NCBI RefSeq assembly: GCF_902652985.1
Contig: NC_047016.1
Location: 50,344,001-50,408,000, forward strand
Source of the DNA: Pecten maximus
Lineage: Eukaryota
Length of the DNA: 64,000 bases
Reading direction: 5' to 3'
A program made the position numbers and the translations under genes. This document shows, one piece after another, positions 38,601 through 49,660 of the stretch. Under the pieces are notes generated by a model. That model saw only the letters and a list, made by a program, of their open reading frames with translations, was not told the DNA's origin and made no database searches. Numbering within the stretch: position 1 is the stretch's first letter; the number at the start of each line of letters is the position of its first letter.

Positions 38601-41600
38601 GAACCTTGTCCCAATTGCTTCGACTTCAAAGAAGACATTCCTAAGACAGATAACTTCCCCCTGTTTGTAAAGAATCCCCATGATGATAAACCTGGTCTTT
38701 CCTTGGAGGACAAAGAGTTTTTGCATGTGATGGACACTGGCTTCAGGAAAAATGATCATGGTCAGTGGGAAGCTCCTCTTCCATTAAAAACGGATCGTCC
38801 GCGACTGCCTGACAACAGGGCTCAGAGTCTACGAAGGGCAAGGACCTTGGATACAAGTCTCCGAAGAGACTCTCAGAAATGTTCCCATATGATGGAGTTC
38901 ATGTCTAAAGTGTTGGATAAGGGACACGCAGAAGTTGCTTCTGATCTTGACGATGAAGAAGAGCGTTGGTATTTGCCTCTCTTTGGAATTTACCATCCTA
39001 AAAAGCCAGATAAAATTCGTTGTGTTTTTGACTCTTCGGCTAAGGAAAATGGCCTGTCGCTAAACAGCGTGCTCATGACAGGTCCAGATCTTACTAACAG
39101 CCTTCTGGGTGTTTTACTCAGGTTTCGGAAAGACCCTATTGCTATCATGGCGGATGTAGAACAAATGTTCTACTGCTTCAAAGTAGTCCAGGAACACCGC
39201 AATTTTCTGAGATTCTTCTGGTACGCAGACAACTCTATTGCCAAGCCGTTGATCGAGTATCGAATGACTGCTCATGTCTTCGGGAATTCGCCGTCTCCAG
39301 CAGTTGCAACCTATGGTCTTAGAAAGGCAGCAGAGAATTCTGACGAGGACATTCGGAATTTTGTTACACAGAATTTTTATGTAGATGACGGACTAGCTTC
39401 CGCACCGAATGTGACTACCGCTGTATCACTCATTAAGAGAACCCAAAGGTGTCTACAGGAAAACGGTGGAATAAGACTTCACAAAGTTGCATCCAATTCA
39501 AGAGAGGTACTTGAAACCTTTGATCGTGAGGACTTGGCAGGAGATATCAGAGATCTCGATCTTTCAACAGACTGCCCACCAGTCCAGCGCAGTCTGGGAT
39601 TACTTTGGAATCTGGCCTCAGATTCATTTATCTTTAGTGCAGGAGTAACTGAAAAGGCTTACACCAAACGAGGTCTTTTATCAACCATCAACGGTATCTA
39701 TGACCCAATCGGATTTGCAGCTCCTGTTATTCTGCGGGGTAGGTTGCTCTTCAGAGATCTCGTTAAGTTGTCTTCTGAGTGGGATGAACCTCTGCCAGAG
39801 GAACGACGTCGGGAGTGGGAATCTTGGTACAGTTCCCTTGGACAGCTCCGCACTTGTTCTATCCCTCGACAGTATGTAATTGGTACAGTATACGAGGATT
39901 TAGAAAAGGAAGTACACATCTTCTCCGACGCCTCAAAGGACGCTGTCGCAGCTGTAGCTTACCTTCGGACCAAAGACACTAATAATCAGATCGGTACAAG
40001 CTTTATCTTTGGAAAAGCGAAAGTCGCACCACAGCATGGACATACGATTCCGCGCTTAGAGCTCTGCGCTGCTGTCTTGGCCACCGATCTTGGTCGCACC
40101 ATAAATGACCAACTGGACATTCCCGCGGAAAACATGCACTTTTACTCTGACAGTATGGTCGTGTTGGGATATTTACATAATCGTGTACGAAGATTTTACG
40201 TCTATGTCGGCAACCGTGTGGACAGGATACTTGGCTTTACAAAAGCTTCCCAGTGGAGTCACGTTTCTTCTGAAAAGAATCCTGCAGATGAAGGAACTAG
40301 ATGTGTAAATGCATGCGATCTACAAGAAAGTATGTGGCTGCAGGGATCAAGTGTTCTAAGGGAGGATACAGATCTTGAGACTCCAGGTTATCCTCTTGTT
40401 CAACCAGGCAAGGACGTTGAGGTGAGACAAGAAGTCAAAGTCCTCAAAACTTCCTGTGCAGCACCACAGGGTATAGGAGCTGAGCGAGTCAAACGTTTCT
40501 CTACGTGGAACTCATTGGTAAGAGGCATTGCTAACCTCAAGTCCCTTGCAATTGCTAGTAAAAATCGATCAACTACACATACCCGAAGAGTCACCACAGA
40601 TCTTCTTGAGAAATCCCGGATCTTTATACTCCAGGATGTTAAACAGCAAGTCTACTCTGAAGAACTACAATGTTTGAGGGAATCAAAAACTTTGCCTAGT
40701 AAGAGCAGCATCTCTGCTCTGACGCCAATCTTGGATCAAGATGGGATTCTTCGCGTTGGTGGTCGGCTCAACCGCTCAAACTACCCGCTGGAGGATCGGA
40801 ATCCTATCATAGTGCCTGGAAAGCATCATGTGGCTAGGCTCATTATCGAACATTTTCATTCAGTGGTGCGTCATCAGGGAAGGCATCTGACAGAAGGTGC
40901 TGTGCGATCTGCCGGATATTGGGTGACCGGTGCCAAGCGCCTAATTTCTTCTATTCTCCATGCTTGTGTTACGTGCTGTCGACTTCGAAGAAAACCAAGC
41001 CACCAACAAATGGCCGATCTTCCTCCTGACAGATTAGAGCCATGCGCTCCATTCACTTATGTAGGGGTAGATGTATTTGGACCCTGGAACATCACAACCA
41101 GACGTACTCGAGGAAGCGTATCCCAATCCAAGCGCTGGGCAGTGCTTTTTACCTGTCTAGTATCTAGAGCTGCACATATAGAGGTGATTGAGGAAATGTC
41201 TTCTTCCTCTTTCATAAATGCTTTACGCCGATTCATCTCCATTCGAGGACCTGTGAGAGAGTTTCGCTCCGACAATGGAACCAACTTTGTTGGGTGCACT
41301 CAAGATATGGGATTCCAGACGATTAGTGTGGATGAACCTAAACTGGCCAATTTCCTATTGGAGAACAGTACGGTTTGGCGCTTCAATCCCCCACATGCCT
41401 CCCACATGGGTGGTGTGTGGGAGCGCATGATTGGCACCGCTCGAAGGATCTTGGATTCCATGCTACTGGATATGAAAGGTAGAACTCTGACTCACGAAAT
41501 ACTTACCACTCTGATGGCAGAAGTAACAGCCATCATGAATTCAAGGCCCATTACTCCTGTGTCAACCGATCCTCAAGATCCCTCCGTGCTGTCGCCGTCT

Positions 41601-41981
41601 GCATTGCTCACCCAAAAGACTTCAAATTCATCCGTTAGTTGTGAACATCTCAGCCAAAAGGACTTATATCGGCATCAATGGAAATGCGTGCAAGTTTTGG
41701 CAGAAGAGTTTTGGAAAAAATGGCGGAGAGAGTACCTCGTAAACTTACAGTCGCGCAACAAGTGGCAACAGCAACAGAGAAATCTCAAAGAAGGGGACAT
41801 TGTGCTAATGAGAGATCGTAGTGTTGCTCGCATGGAATGGCCTCTTGGAATTATAAATCGTGTGTTCAAGAGTGACGATGAACTTGTGCGAAAAGTGGAG
41901 ATTCGCATTGTACGAGACAACAAAATCTCATATTTTGTCCGCCCGGTGACCGAAGTTGTATTTCTTACCAGTTCTGATTGA
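35670..41981 (+). CDS. BEL/Pao gag-pol polyprotein (Gag zinc knuckles, protease, RT, RNase H, integrase), 2103 aa
   Basis: Three Cys/His knuckles (CPIH..HSLKDC, CFKC..HLAKTC, CDIC..HPTVLH), protease AIIDDQS, RT FYVDD, RNase H HIFSDAS, TIPRLELCAA, integrase HQG..CVTC / GVDVFGP / SDNGTNF / GGVWER. Domain order PR-RT-RH-IN. Confidence 0.97.
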   Translation: MDSIHEQRTRNLTPGGETLFLSRVEDFCKSLSKQGERINGLISQTMTSMEEGLIDELAKSRTVYLDISNQFIDFLHRTRTMDSARELSAHGLIRESFLSKIDLALEATQKYVPPKIEHEESKSPNAGHKTPCHSSKASSCSSQSSRSHKSSASYILTKQRLKHERAKVQLEFMKKEAQVLKQQAEVDVSLKLLRSERNLKEAEAELDAVHDLIEEENGSVDYDIRSTKKERTAAFVNSAIDHVGREVMQPSPTPGVLQQPSLSPGMLQQPSLSPGMLQQPSPAPGMLQQPSPAPGMLQQPSLAPGMLQQPSLSPGMLQQPSLLPGMLQQPSPAPGMLQQPSLSPGMLQQPSPAPGMLQQPSLSPGMLQQPSPAPCMLQQPSLLPGMLQQPSSSPGMLQPTNSPACGMLRPEATEFQPTCRDTNELTKFLMKRDLLLSRFTQFSDEPQRYTLWKSSFKNLIRELEVTATEELDLLVRWLGPESTQQALSLRAAHTHDERLAIIRIWERLDSRYGAPELVIHSFKKRLEVLPKLTYKDNVKMYELSDLLIEMQALKENVMYATSLAYLDSSAGINPIVAKLPAFIQRKWTDTAFRYKKDQGVLYPPFNIFTGFMKGMTERLNDPGLQFDPQQSTQVKAQVNSVGKRTGNRMMLSAKKTDVEKPVPPAHICPIHGGSARHSLKDCRLFLAKTVLERKEVLKKNGYCFKCCEDKHLAKTCKVAVKCDICGGSRHPTVLHEQFISEKSPPVHGGECSPSSPPGREPNYLQASSSCTQVCKDSRGFSKSCAKTILVKVYPKGEPDKSIRLYAIIDDQSNMSLARTAFFDSFGENSQYTEYTMASCSGLNSSSGRKAQGYVVESMDGDFALDLPVLLECDNIPNNRNEIPTPEAAHFHSHLRDISQHLRPLDRNADILMLIGRDMPAAHHIMDQRIGPSDGPYAQRLKLGWVVVGEVCLGKVHQTSYITANKVHTLANGRPSLLEPCPNCFDFKEDIPKTDNFPLFVKNPHDDKPGLSLEDKEFLHVMDTGFRKNDHGQWEAPLPLKTDRPRLPDNRAQSLRRARTLDTSLRRDSQKCSHMMEFMSKVLDKGHAEVASDLDDEEERWYLPLFGIYHPKKPDKIRCVFDSSAKENGLSLNSVLMTGPDLTNSLLGVLLRFRKDPIAIMADVEQMFYCFKVVQEHRNFLRFFWYADNSIAKPLIEYRMTAHVFGNSPSPAVATYGLRKAAENSDEDIRNFVTQNFYVDDGLASAPNVTTAVSLIKRTQRCLQENGGIRLHKVASNSREVLETFDREDLAGDIRDLDLSTDCPPVQRSLGLLWNLASDSFIFSAGVTEKAYTKRGLLSTINGIYDPIGFAAPVILRGRLLFRDLVKLSSEWDEPLPEERRREWESWYSSLGQLRTCSIPRQYVIGTVYEDLEKEVHIFSDASKDAVAAVAYLRTKDTNNQIGTSFIFGKAKVAPQHGHTIPRLELCAAVLATDLGRTINDQLDIPAENMHFYSDSMVVLGYLHNRVRRFYVYVGNRVDRILGFTKASQWSHVSSEKNPADEGTRCVNACDLQESMWLQGSSVLREDTDLETPGYPLVQPGKDVEVRQEVKVLKTSCAAPQGIGAERVKRFSTWNSLVRGIANLKSLAIASKNRSTTHTRRVTTDLLEKSRIFILQDVKQQVYSEELQCLRESKTLPSKSSISALTPILDQDGILRVGGRLNRSNYPLEDRNPIIVPGKHHVARLIIEHFHSVVRHQGRHLTEGAVRSAGYWVTGAKRLISSILHACVTCCRLRRKPSHQQMADLPPDRLEPCAPFTYVGVDVFGPWNITTRRTRGSVSQSKRWAVLFTCLVSRAAHIEVIEEMSSSSFINALRRFISIRGPVREFRSDNGTNFVGCTQDMGFQTISVDEPKLANFLLENSTVWRFNPPHASHMGGVWERMIGTARRILDSMLLDMKGRTLTHEILTTLMAEVTAIMNSRPITPVSTDPQDPSVLSPSALLTQKTSNSSVSCEHLSQKDLYRHQWKCVQVLAEEFWKKWRREYLVNLQSRNKWQQQQRNLKEGDIVLMRDRSVARMEWPLGIINRVFKSDDELVRKVEIRIVRDNKISYFVRPVTEVVFLTSSD
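36411..36870 (+). repeat. In-frame 30-bp tandem repeat in gag (MLQQPS[LS/PA]PG x ~15)
   Basis: tggtatgcttcaacaaccaagtctgtcgcc-type units read directly. Confidence 0.95.
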
Positions 41982-42120
41982 CTTGGTTTATTTTAGTTAT
42001 GTAGGTGAAATTATTTCTGATGATAAGAAACTTTGAACATTTCTCATGTTTTCTGAGTGTCACAAATCTGAACAATCTGTTTGTGTTTAAGTAGTGATAT
42101 AGATCATATCAGGAGGGGAG

Positions 42121-43039
42121 TGTTATGTTACCATAATTACATTGTATCACAGGGTTAATTTGATTACAATATGATCCGGACATTACGGTCCGAGTTTTAG
42201 TATGATCCGGACATTGCGGTCCAAGCTTTAGTATGATCCGGACATTGCGGTCCGGACGTTAGTCGTACCCTTTGGCAATCTTAGAGGAAGTTTGCAATGG
42301 CGTGCTCCGGCACTGTACACATTTCATGTCAAAGGAAACTTTAGATCCCCCACATGGTGAGTTTATTCCCTGCCCATATCAATTCTTGCCGATCGAACAT
42401 TTATTGCATTGATTATATGATTGTCAACATTAGTCTGTAAAAGATATGATCTGTATGTGTGTTCGAAATGTCAGTCATATGAACTGTCTGTCATTCAGTG
42501 AAGCACATGGTCCGTGCCATCTAGTCATGTTTAGGATCTATATATGTCAGTATTATTTCGTATATTAGTTTATTAATATGTCTTATGTAAATTCTACTCA
42601 GAGACAGTGTAGGAATAAGACATCAGACGAATTATAGTTGTATTTTGGTCAGAAAGCGATTAGGTCAATTCGTCCTATTATTACTTACCTTGGACAAAAC
42701 GTCCTATTAGTCATTTGAGTTAATTATATCTATAAATGTGTTTTAAACTATTGTTGTTACTCTGTCCATCCATGAATACTCCAAAGATAGTGTATATATA
42801 TCCAGCAAAGAAATCTAGTCAGTTTATTAAGTGATATTTGTGTTAAATATCCGATTATTGCTCAAAATCAGTTTTGTATTCGAATATCAGTGAAAGAAAG
42901 GCATATGTTAGACATAATGGTTTGCATAGTGACAGTGTGTACATCTGTATCATATTCTCATTGTGTTTTCATTTTCATATGTTGTAGTCTTTTACCTTCC
43001 TCCGGGGAGTTTTGTGGAATAAAGTCGTATAACATCACA
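42121..43039 (+). repeat. 3' LTR (919 bp)
   Basis: Matches the 5' LTR. By eye I found 3 substitutions (34937/42345, 34947/42355, 35194/42602). Confidence 0.96.
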
Positions 43040-45699
43040 GGTGCTGCGGTTTCCTCTCATGGTTAAACTCGAAGTGCACTTCCACTTGGTCAACAAGAGT
43101 GATTAAAGGGGCAATCCTTCGTTCGAACCCCAGATGTGTGTTGCACAGTAATTTAAAAGATTAATGAATAAAAGAAGCTTACACTCATATTTATTATCAA
43201 CTGTGATGGAATAGATATCATATTTGTACAGAAAATCCGCAAAACTCTGCCACTCTGCATCCGCATGGGAATAATTGACCACGCCTCCATCGATAGGGTA
43301 AAGTTTATCACAGAATATACAGTGATATACAGTGGGTGTACGGTTTTTGTGAGCGGCAGCCGTGTTTACAAAAACTGATGTGTACATGAATGTAAATGAA
43401 GGAAATGTCTAAAGATAAAACAAATACACTGCATACTTGTAAAATCATTTATTGTGGTTCGATGAGGTATATATGTGATGTGTCAGCATGGTAACAAGCC
43501 TAACTTCGAGCAGAACTTCATTACAAACCTGTCAGTCTGTTGAGTCGACTATCATGCAGTATATCCCGCAGAAACTTTCCCGAAGCATTGCGAATTCCTC
43601 GTTCGACTCGACTGACGCTCTCTTTCATCTTTCCAACTAGTTGCCGATATTTATAAGAGTTTATATGGCGTTCGCTATCTTGTCGTGTCCTCATTTTCTT
43701 GCCGATTGACCTATATTAGCTAATCGCTAACTCGGGGAGCCGTTAACGCCATTTTCGTTTCTGTTCGTGAGCTTGTCTGCGCATGCTCGTATTGATAGTT
43801 GTTGGCGGCAATTAATTTTCGCACTTCCGATCGAAGTGACATTTTCAAAAACCTTTTATTTCTAAAAACTTTGGGTTATCTTCGGGCTTTGGGTGTTGTA
43901 TTACGGTAAAGTTTATAACTTTTACTAATTAAGAAAAATTCAAGATTCCCGTTTACTTTTGTTTTTATAGCATAAACTGATTTCATCGACGGAATGCCCC
44001 ATCAATATAATTGAGGCTTAGAAACAGTAGGATCCAAAACTGAATTAAGCTACATCATGCAGGCGTTCCTTTCTTCTATAACTCATCAGCACTGCTGAAA
44101 TGTTGAATACCTTGGAGGCGACCAAGCTAACTTTTAAAAGAAAAGTCGAAAGGAGGTGCAATAGCCCAATTATTTAATGAATTTAATAAGTTTAAATTCT
44201 GAATTTCAAAAGAACGTCAAATACATAATAATCTAATTATGTATTATCTGAAATATGTCACTAATGAATTAAAACAGACAGGTTACGGCAACCAGCAGTG
44301 TCGACTATCTGTGAAGTATACAAGAACATTATCCACCATAACAAGCCTTCTACTACCTCCATCTAGGTCATAGCTCGTATTTTTATTATTATTATTATTA
44401 TTCTATTTTCTTTTAATGTCGAAAAATGTGTCTGGGATATGTTGAAAAACCTATTTATTTTTTGAATATGCATTAATTTGCAATATGCTTTCCATTTCCA
44501 TCTGTTACCGGTACACGTACTCCGATAGATCAACAAAATAATATCTGGTTTTATAAATATTCAATTTGCCAGCCAAAGAATAATGTTATCTTTAAGGGTT
44601 TTTACTGTATTGAAAATTACCTCCCATAAAGTAGTCTTCACAAGCTTACTTCTATAACCTATATCAAAGTTCCATTTTATATGAACATAAGGGAAGAAAA
44701 AAAGAAAAGTGATCTATTTAACGTTAACAAAGTTTTCAAAATTGATTATGTATAAAAAAAACACACACAAAAACAATATATATATATATATATAAAAAAA
44801 AATTACTCGCCTCTTATGACATGCCGTGAAATAAAGTAGGTAATTCTTTCCACGGCCATTAAGCAGAAAGCAGACTTTTCTAAGACCAGGTTTTGGGTAT
44901 TACGTAACTTTAGTATTTCCGATATTGAGTTAAATTTTTAAATTCTGCTTTTATGTTAATTATACGATCATATCAAGATGAAATAAAAAGTATCAGACAG
45001 AAAATAACAATGATTGTTATTAAACATACGATTGAGGATTATCATGATAAAGGCCAAGAAGTTCGCTCTGTATACCTTGACATTAGCCCTGCAGGTAGGG
45101 CGTAAGAATAGTACCTGCTGCCCCGATTTCATGATTGTAAGAGGCGACTAAATTTGAGATTTGATCTTTTCTCTTCTTCATTTACAACTTTCTCCTTCCT
45201 AATGTCTCCTTTGACACTGTCTCGCCGACCTTTAGCTAAGCATTCGCCCCTGTGATGACTGCTTTGGGTTCTGTCCCATGGCCGAGACATGCATGTACCA
45301 GAGTCAATGAAAATGGTAGATGCAACTCCTGCTAAGCGCTCGACATTTTGGGAGCGTGACGATTGGTTCGCCTATCGTCAGTATAATTTGACCGGGGCAG
45401 ATGGTCTGCTGGGTGTCTTCGGCTTCTGCTTTAATGAAGTCGGAGACAAACACGAACATATCGCAGCCTCCCAAAACACCCACATTCACCACAGCCATAC
45501 CTCTCCCATAAATAGAAATGGCTTTATCTGTTGATAGGACGTTCACCAATCCAAACAAAAACCCTGAATAATTTTTTTTCTGATCAAGTTGTACTCGTTG
45601 TCATATTAGTTACTTAAATAATGTAAAGGGTTCACCCTTGTCTAACCCTCGATATTGATATCGCTTTAACAAAGCATCTTGCCTTACCTTAGGTGTTTA

Positions 45700-45918
45700 C
45701 TTTGGTTTGTTTTTGTTTAACGTCCTATTAACAGTCAGGGTCATTTAAGGACGTGCCAGGTTTTGGAGGTGGAGGAAAGCCGGAGTACCCGGAGAAAAAC
45801 CACCGGCCAACGGTCAGTACCTGGCACCTGCCCCACGTAGGTTTCGAACTCGCAACCCAGAGGTGGAGGGCAAGTGATAAAGTGTCGGGACACCTTAACC
45901 ACTCGGCCACCGGGGCCT
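45700..45918 (-). mobile_element. V-type SINE, duplicated copy
   Basis: Near-identical to 34477-34695, with the same TSD. Confidence 0.88.
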
Positions 45919-48658
45919 CTTAGGTGTTTAGGTGCTGCGGTTTCCTCTCATGGTTAAACTCGAAGTGCACTTCCACTTGGTCAACAAGATTGATTAAAGG
46001 GGCAATCCTTCGTTCGAACCCCAGATGTGTGTTGCACAGTAATTTAAAAGATTAATGAATAAAAGAAGCTTACACTCATATTTATTATCAACTGTGATGG
46101 AATAGATATCATATTTGTACAGAAAATCCGCAAAACTCTGCCACTCTGCATCCGCATGGGAATAATTGACCACGCCTCCATCGATAGGGTAAAGTTTATC
46201 ACAGAATATACAGTGATATACAGTGGGTGTACGGTTTTTGTGAGCGGCAGCCGTGTTTACAAAAACTGATGTGTACATGAATGTAAATGAAGGAAATGTC
46301 TAAAGATAAAACAAATACACTGCATACTTGTAAAATCATTTATTGTGGTTCGATGAGGTATATATGTGATGTGTCAGCATGGTAACAAGCCTAACTTCGA
46401 GCAGAACTTCATTACAAACCTGTCAGTCTGTTGATTCGACTATCATGCAGTATATCCCGGAGAACTTTCCAGAAGCATTGCGAATTCCTCGTTTCGACTC
46501 GACTGACGCTCTCTTTCATCTTTCCAACTAGTTGCCGATATTTATAAGAGTTTATATGGCGTTCGCTATCTTGTCGTGTCCTCATTATCTTGTCGATTGA
46601 CCCATTAGGTAAACGCTAACTCAGGGAGCCGTTTACGCCATTTTTGTTTCTGTTCGTGAACTTGTCTGCGCATGCTCGTATTGATAGTTGTTGGCGGCAA
46701 TTAATTTTCGCACTTCGGATCGAAGTGACATTTTCAAAAACCTTTTATTTCTAAAAACTTTGGGTTATCTTCGGGCTTTGGGCGTTGTATTACGGTAAAG
46801 TTTATAACTTACTAATTAAGAAAAATTCAAGATTCCCGTTTACTTTTGTTTTTATAGCATAAACTGATTTCAACGATGGAATGCCCCATTAATATAATTG
46901 AGGCTTAGAAACAGTAGGATCCAAAACTGAATTAAGCTGCATCATGCAGGCGTTCCTTTCTTCTATAACTTATCAGTAATGCTGAAATGTTGAATACCTT
47001 GGAGGTGACCAAGCTAACTTTAAAAAAAGGTCGAAAGAAAATGCCAAAATAAACATGAGGAGGTGCAATAGCCCAATTATTTAATGAATTTAATAAGTTT
47101 AAATTCTGAATTTCAAAAGAACGTCAAATACATAATAATTTAATTATGTATTATCTGAAATATGTCACTAATGAATTAAAACAGACAGGTTACTGCAACC
47201 AGCAGTGTCGACTATCTGTGAAGTATACAAGACACGTTATCCACCATAACAAGCCTTCCACTACCTCCATCTAGGTCATAACTCGTATTTTTATTATTAT
47301 TATTATTATTATTATTCTATTTTATTTTAATGTCGGAAAATGTGTCTGGGATATGTTTAAAAACCTATTTATTTTTTGAATATGCATTAATGTGCAATAT
47401 GCTTTCCATTTCCATCTGTTACCGGTACACGTACTCCGATAGATCAACAAAATAATATCTGGTTTTATAAATATTCAATTTGCCAGCCAAAGAATAATGT
47501 TATCTTTAAGGGTTTTTACTGTATTGAAAATTACCTCCCATAAAGTAGTCTTCACAAGCTTACTTCTATAACCTATATCAAAGTTCCATTTTATATGAAC
47601 ATAAGGGAAGAAAAAAAGAAAAGTGATCTATTTAACGTTAACAAAGTTTTCAAAATTGATTATGTATAAAAAAAACACACACACTAAAACAATATATATA
47701 TATATAAAAAAAAAAAATTACTCGCCTCTTATGACATGCCGTGAAATAAAGTAGGTAATTCTTTCCAAGGCCATTAAGCAGAAGGCTGACTTTTCTAAGA
47801 CCAGGTTTTGGGTATTACGTAACTTTAGAATTTCCGATATTGAGTTAAATTTTTAAATTCTGCTTTTATTTTAATTATACGATCAATTCAACCTTTGTCA
47901 TCAGTGAACTTATCAAGATGAAATAAAAAGTATCAGACAGAAAATAACAATGATTGTTATTAAACATACGATTGAGGATTATCCTGATAAAGGCCAAGAA
48001 GTTCGCTCTGTATATCTTGACATTAGCCCTGCAGGTAGGGCGTAAGAATAGTACCTGCTGCCCCGATTTCATGATTGTAAGAGGCGACTAAATTTGAGAT
48101 TTTATCTTTTCTCTTCTTTCTTTACAACTTTCTCCTTCCTAATGTCTCCTTTGACACTGCTTCGCCGACCTTTAGTTAAGCATTCGCCCCTGTGATGACG
48201 TCTTTGGGTTCTGTCCTATGGTCGAGACATGCATGATGCAACTTCTGCTTAGCGCTCGGCATTTTGGGAGCGGGACGATTGGTTCGCCCATCGTCAGTAT
48301 AATTGACCGGGGCAGATGGTCTGCTGGGTGTCTTCGGCTTCTGCTTTAATGAAGTCGGAGACAAACACGAACATATCGCAGCCTCCCAAAACACCCACAT
48401 TCACCACAGCCATACCTCTCCCATAAATAGAAATGGCTTTATCTGTTAATAGGACGTTCACCAATCCAAACAAAAACCCTGAATAATTTTTTTTCTGATC
48501 AAGTTGTACTCGTTGTCATATTAGTTACTTAAATAGTGTAAAGGGTTCACCCTTGTCTAACCCTCGATATTGATATCGCTTTAACAAAGACTTTGATACC
48601 CGTTTAATTAGCCGCGTGCATATCAGTGAAGGTCATCTTGCCTTACCTTAGGTGTTTA

Positions 48659-48878
48659 GTTTGGTTTGTTTTTGTTTAACGTCCTATTAACAGTCAGGGT
48701 CATTTAAGGACGTGCCAGGTTTGGGAGGTGGAGGAAAGCCGGAGTACCCAGAGGAAAAACCACCGGCCTACGGTCAGTACCTGGCAACTGCCCCACGTAG
48801 GTTTCGAACTCGCAACCCAGAGGTGGAGGGCTAGTGTTAAAGTGTCCGGACGCCTTAACCACTCGGCCACCGGGGCCT
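48659..48878 (-). mobile_element. V-type SINE, duplicated copy
   Basis: Near-identical to 34477-34695, with the same TSD. Confidence 0.88.
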
Positions 48879-49310
48879 CTTAGGTGTTTAGAATGAGTGC
48901 GTTAAAGTAAATGTTTATATAGGAACCACGGAACCAAATGATTTCCCATAGACGATAATGTTAACGTTTACCACTGTCCTGCTTAAATGGAGTTTTCAAC
49001 ACTGGTCCTCTAGCCCTAGGAGAATGTCATGTCGCAAAACTGTAAATAGAATATTTAAAAATTCTGCAATTTGAACCTTCTTTTATACGGGGCCGCCACC
49101 ATCTTGTATTGAATTCAGCACCAAAAATTCACCTAAATTGACCACAAATTACACACTTAATTAATTTCCCTGACAAAAACAGTCTATAATTTTTTTTAAC
49201 ATCTACATGTATTGCCCAGCCAACACATAAAGCTTTGGAAACTTCTCTCACCTGAATATCCAATCAGTAGGCCCCGACGCATTTACCTTCCTATTAAATC
49301 TTCTGTCTAA

Positions 49311-49660
49311 ACGGGGGAAACCCACAATCTATTTTTGATTTGGTTCTATTTATTGGTCGCTATAATATCACTTTACCATACGGGGCAATGTCCCCAATAG
49401 GAGACTTAGTATTGCTAACCCTATCGGCCCCCGCTAAAATTATTGATAGTGACCCTTGACCTTGGCCTAAAACCTCTGAAACTCCCAATCATCTGAGATA
49501 TTATATCCCTATATCAATGTGCGAAGTTTGATCCAAAGTCCCTTAAGGAATGAATCCACTAGATCGCTGACAAAATTTAGGTTACGTACGTTCGTTCATG
49601 ACGGACGGAGAGGAAACGTTTCGTCATCCAGGCCGGTTTCAACGGTAGGGGACTAATAAT
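49311..49660 (+). mobile_element. Possible non-autonomous Helitron/Helentron-derived (HINE-like) element
   Basis: tgacccttgaccttg motif, short acgg/cgtt microsatellite seed and a terminal hairpin-like ccggtttcaacgg followed by taggggactaataa. The classification is inference. Confidence 0.35.

Larger units (their letters stand above)
34713..43039 (+). mobile_element. Full-length BEL/Pao LTR retrotransposon
   Basis: TG…CA LTRs at 34713-35631 and 42121-43039. 5-bp TSD GGTGC at 34708-34712 and 43040-43044. PPT aggaggggag at 42111-42120. Intact gag-pol. The empty site is preserved in the paralogous copy at 45931. Confidence 0.97.
31671..48890. repeat. Tandem segmental triplication of a ~2.9-3.0 kb unit (copy 1 31671-34707; copy 2 34708-34712 + 43045-45930; copy 3 45931-48890)
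   Basis: Near-identical blocks, each starting ggtgctgcggtttcctctca and ending cttaggtgttta. Small ORFs are duplicated (34066/45289, 43103/45994, 34505/45728). Confidence 0.93.

Noticed and set aside
36252-41923. Antisense and alternative-frame ORFs inside gag-pol
   Set aside because: They are shadows of the long ORF and of the 30-bp repeat.
43103-46278. Identical 94-aa ORFs and 81/84-aa ORFs repeated in the window
   Set aside because: The identity reflects the recent segmental duplication. Several overlap SINEs, and they are disrupted in other copies.
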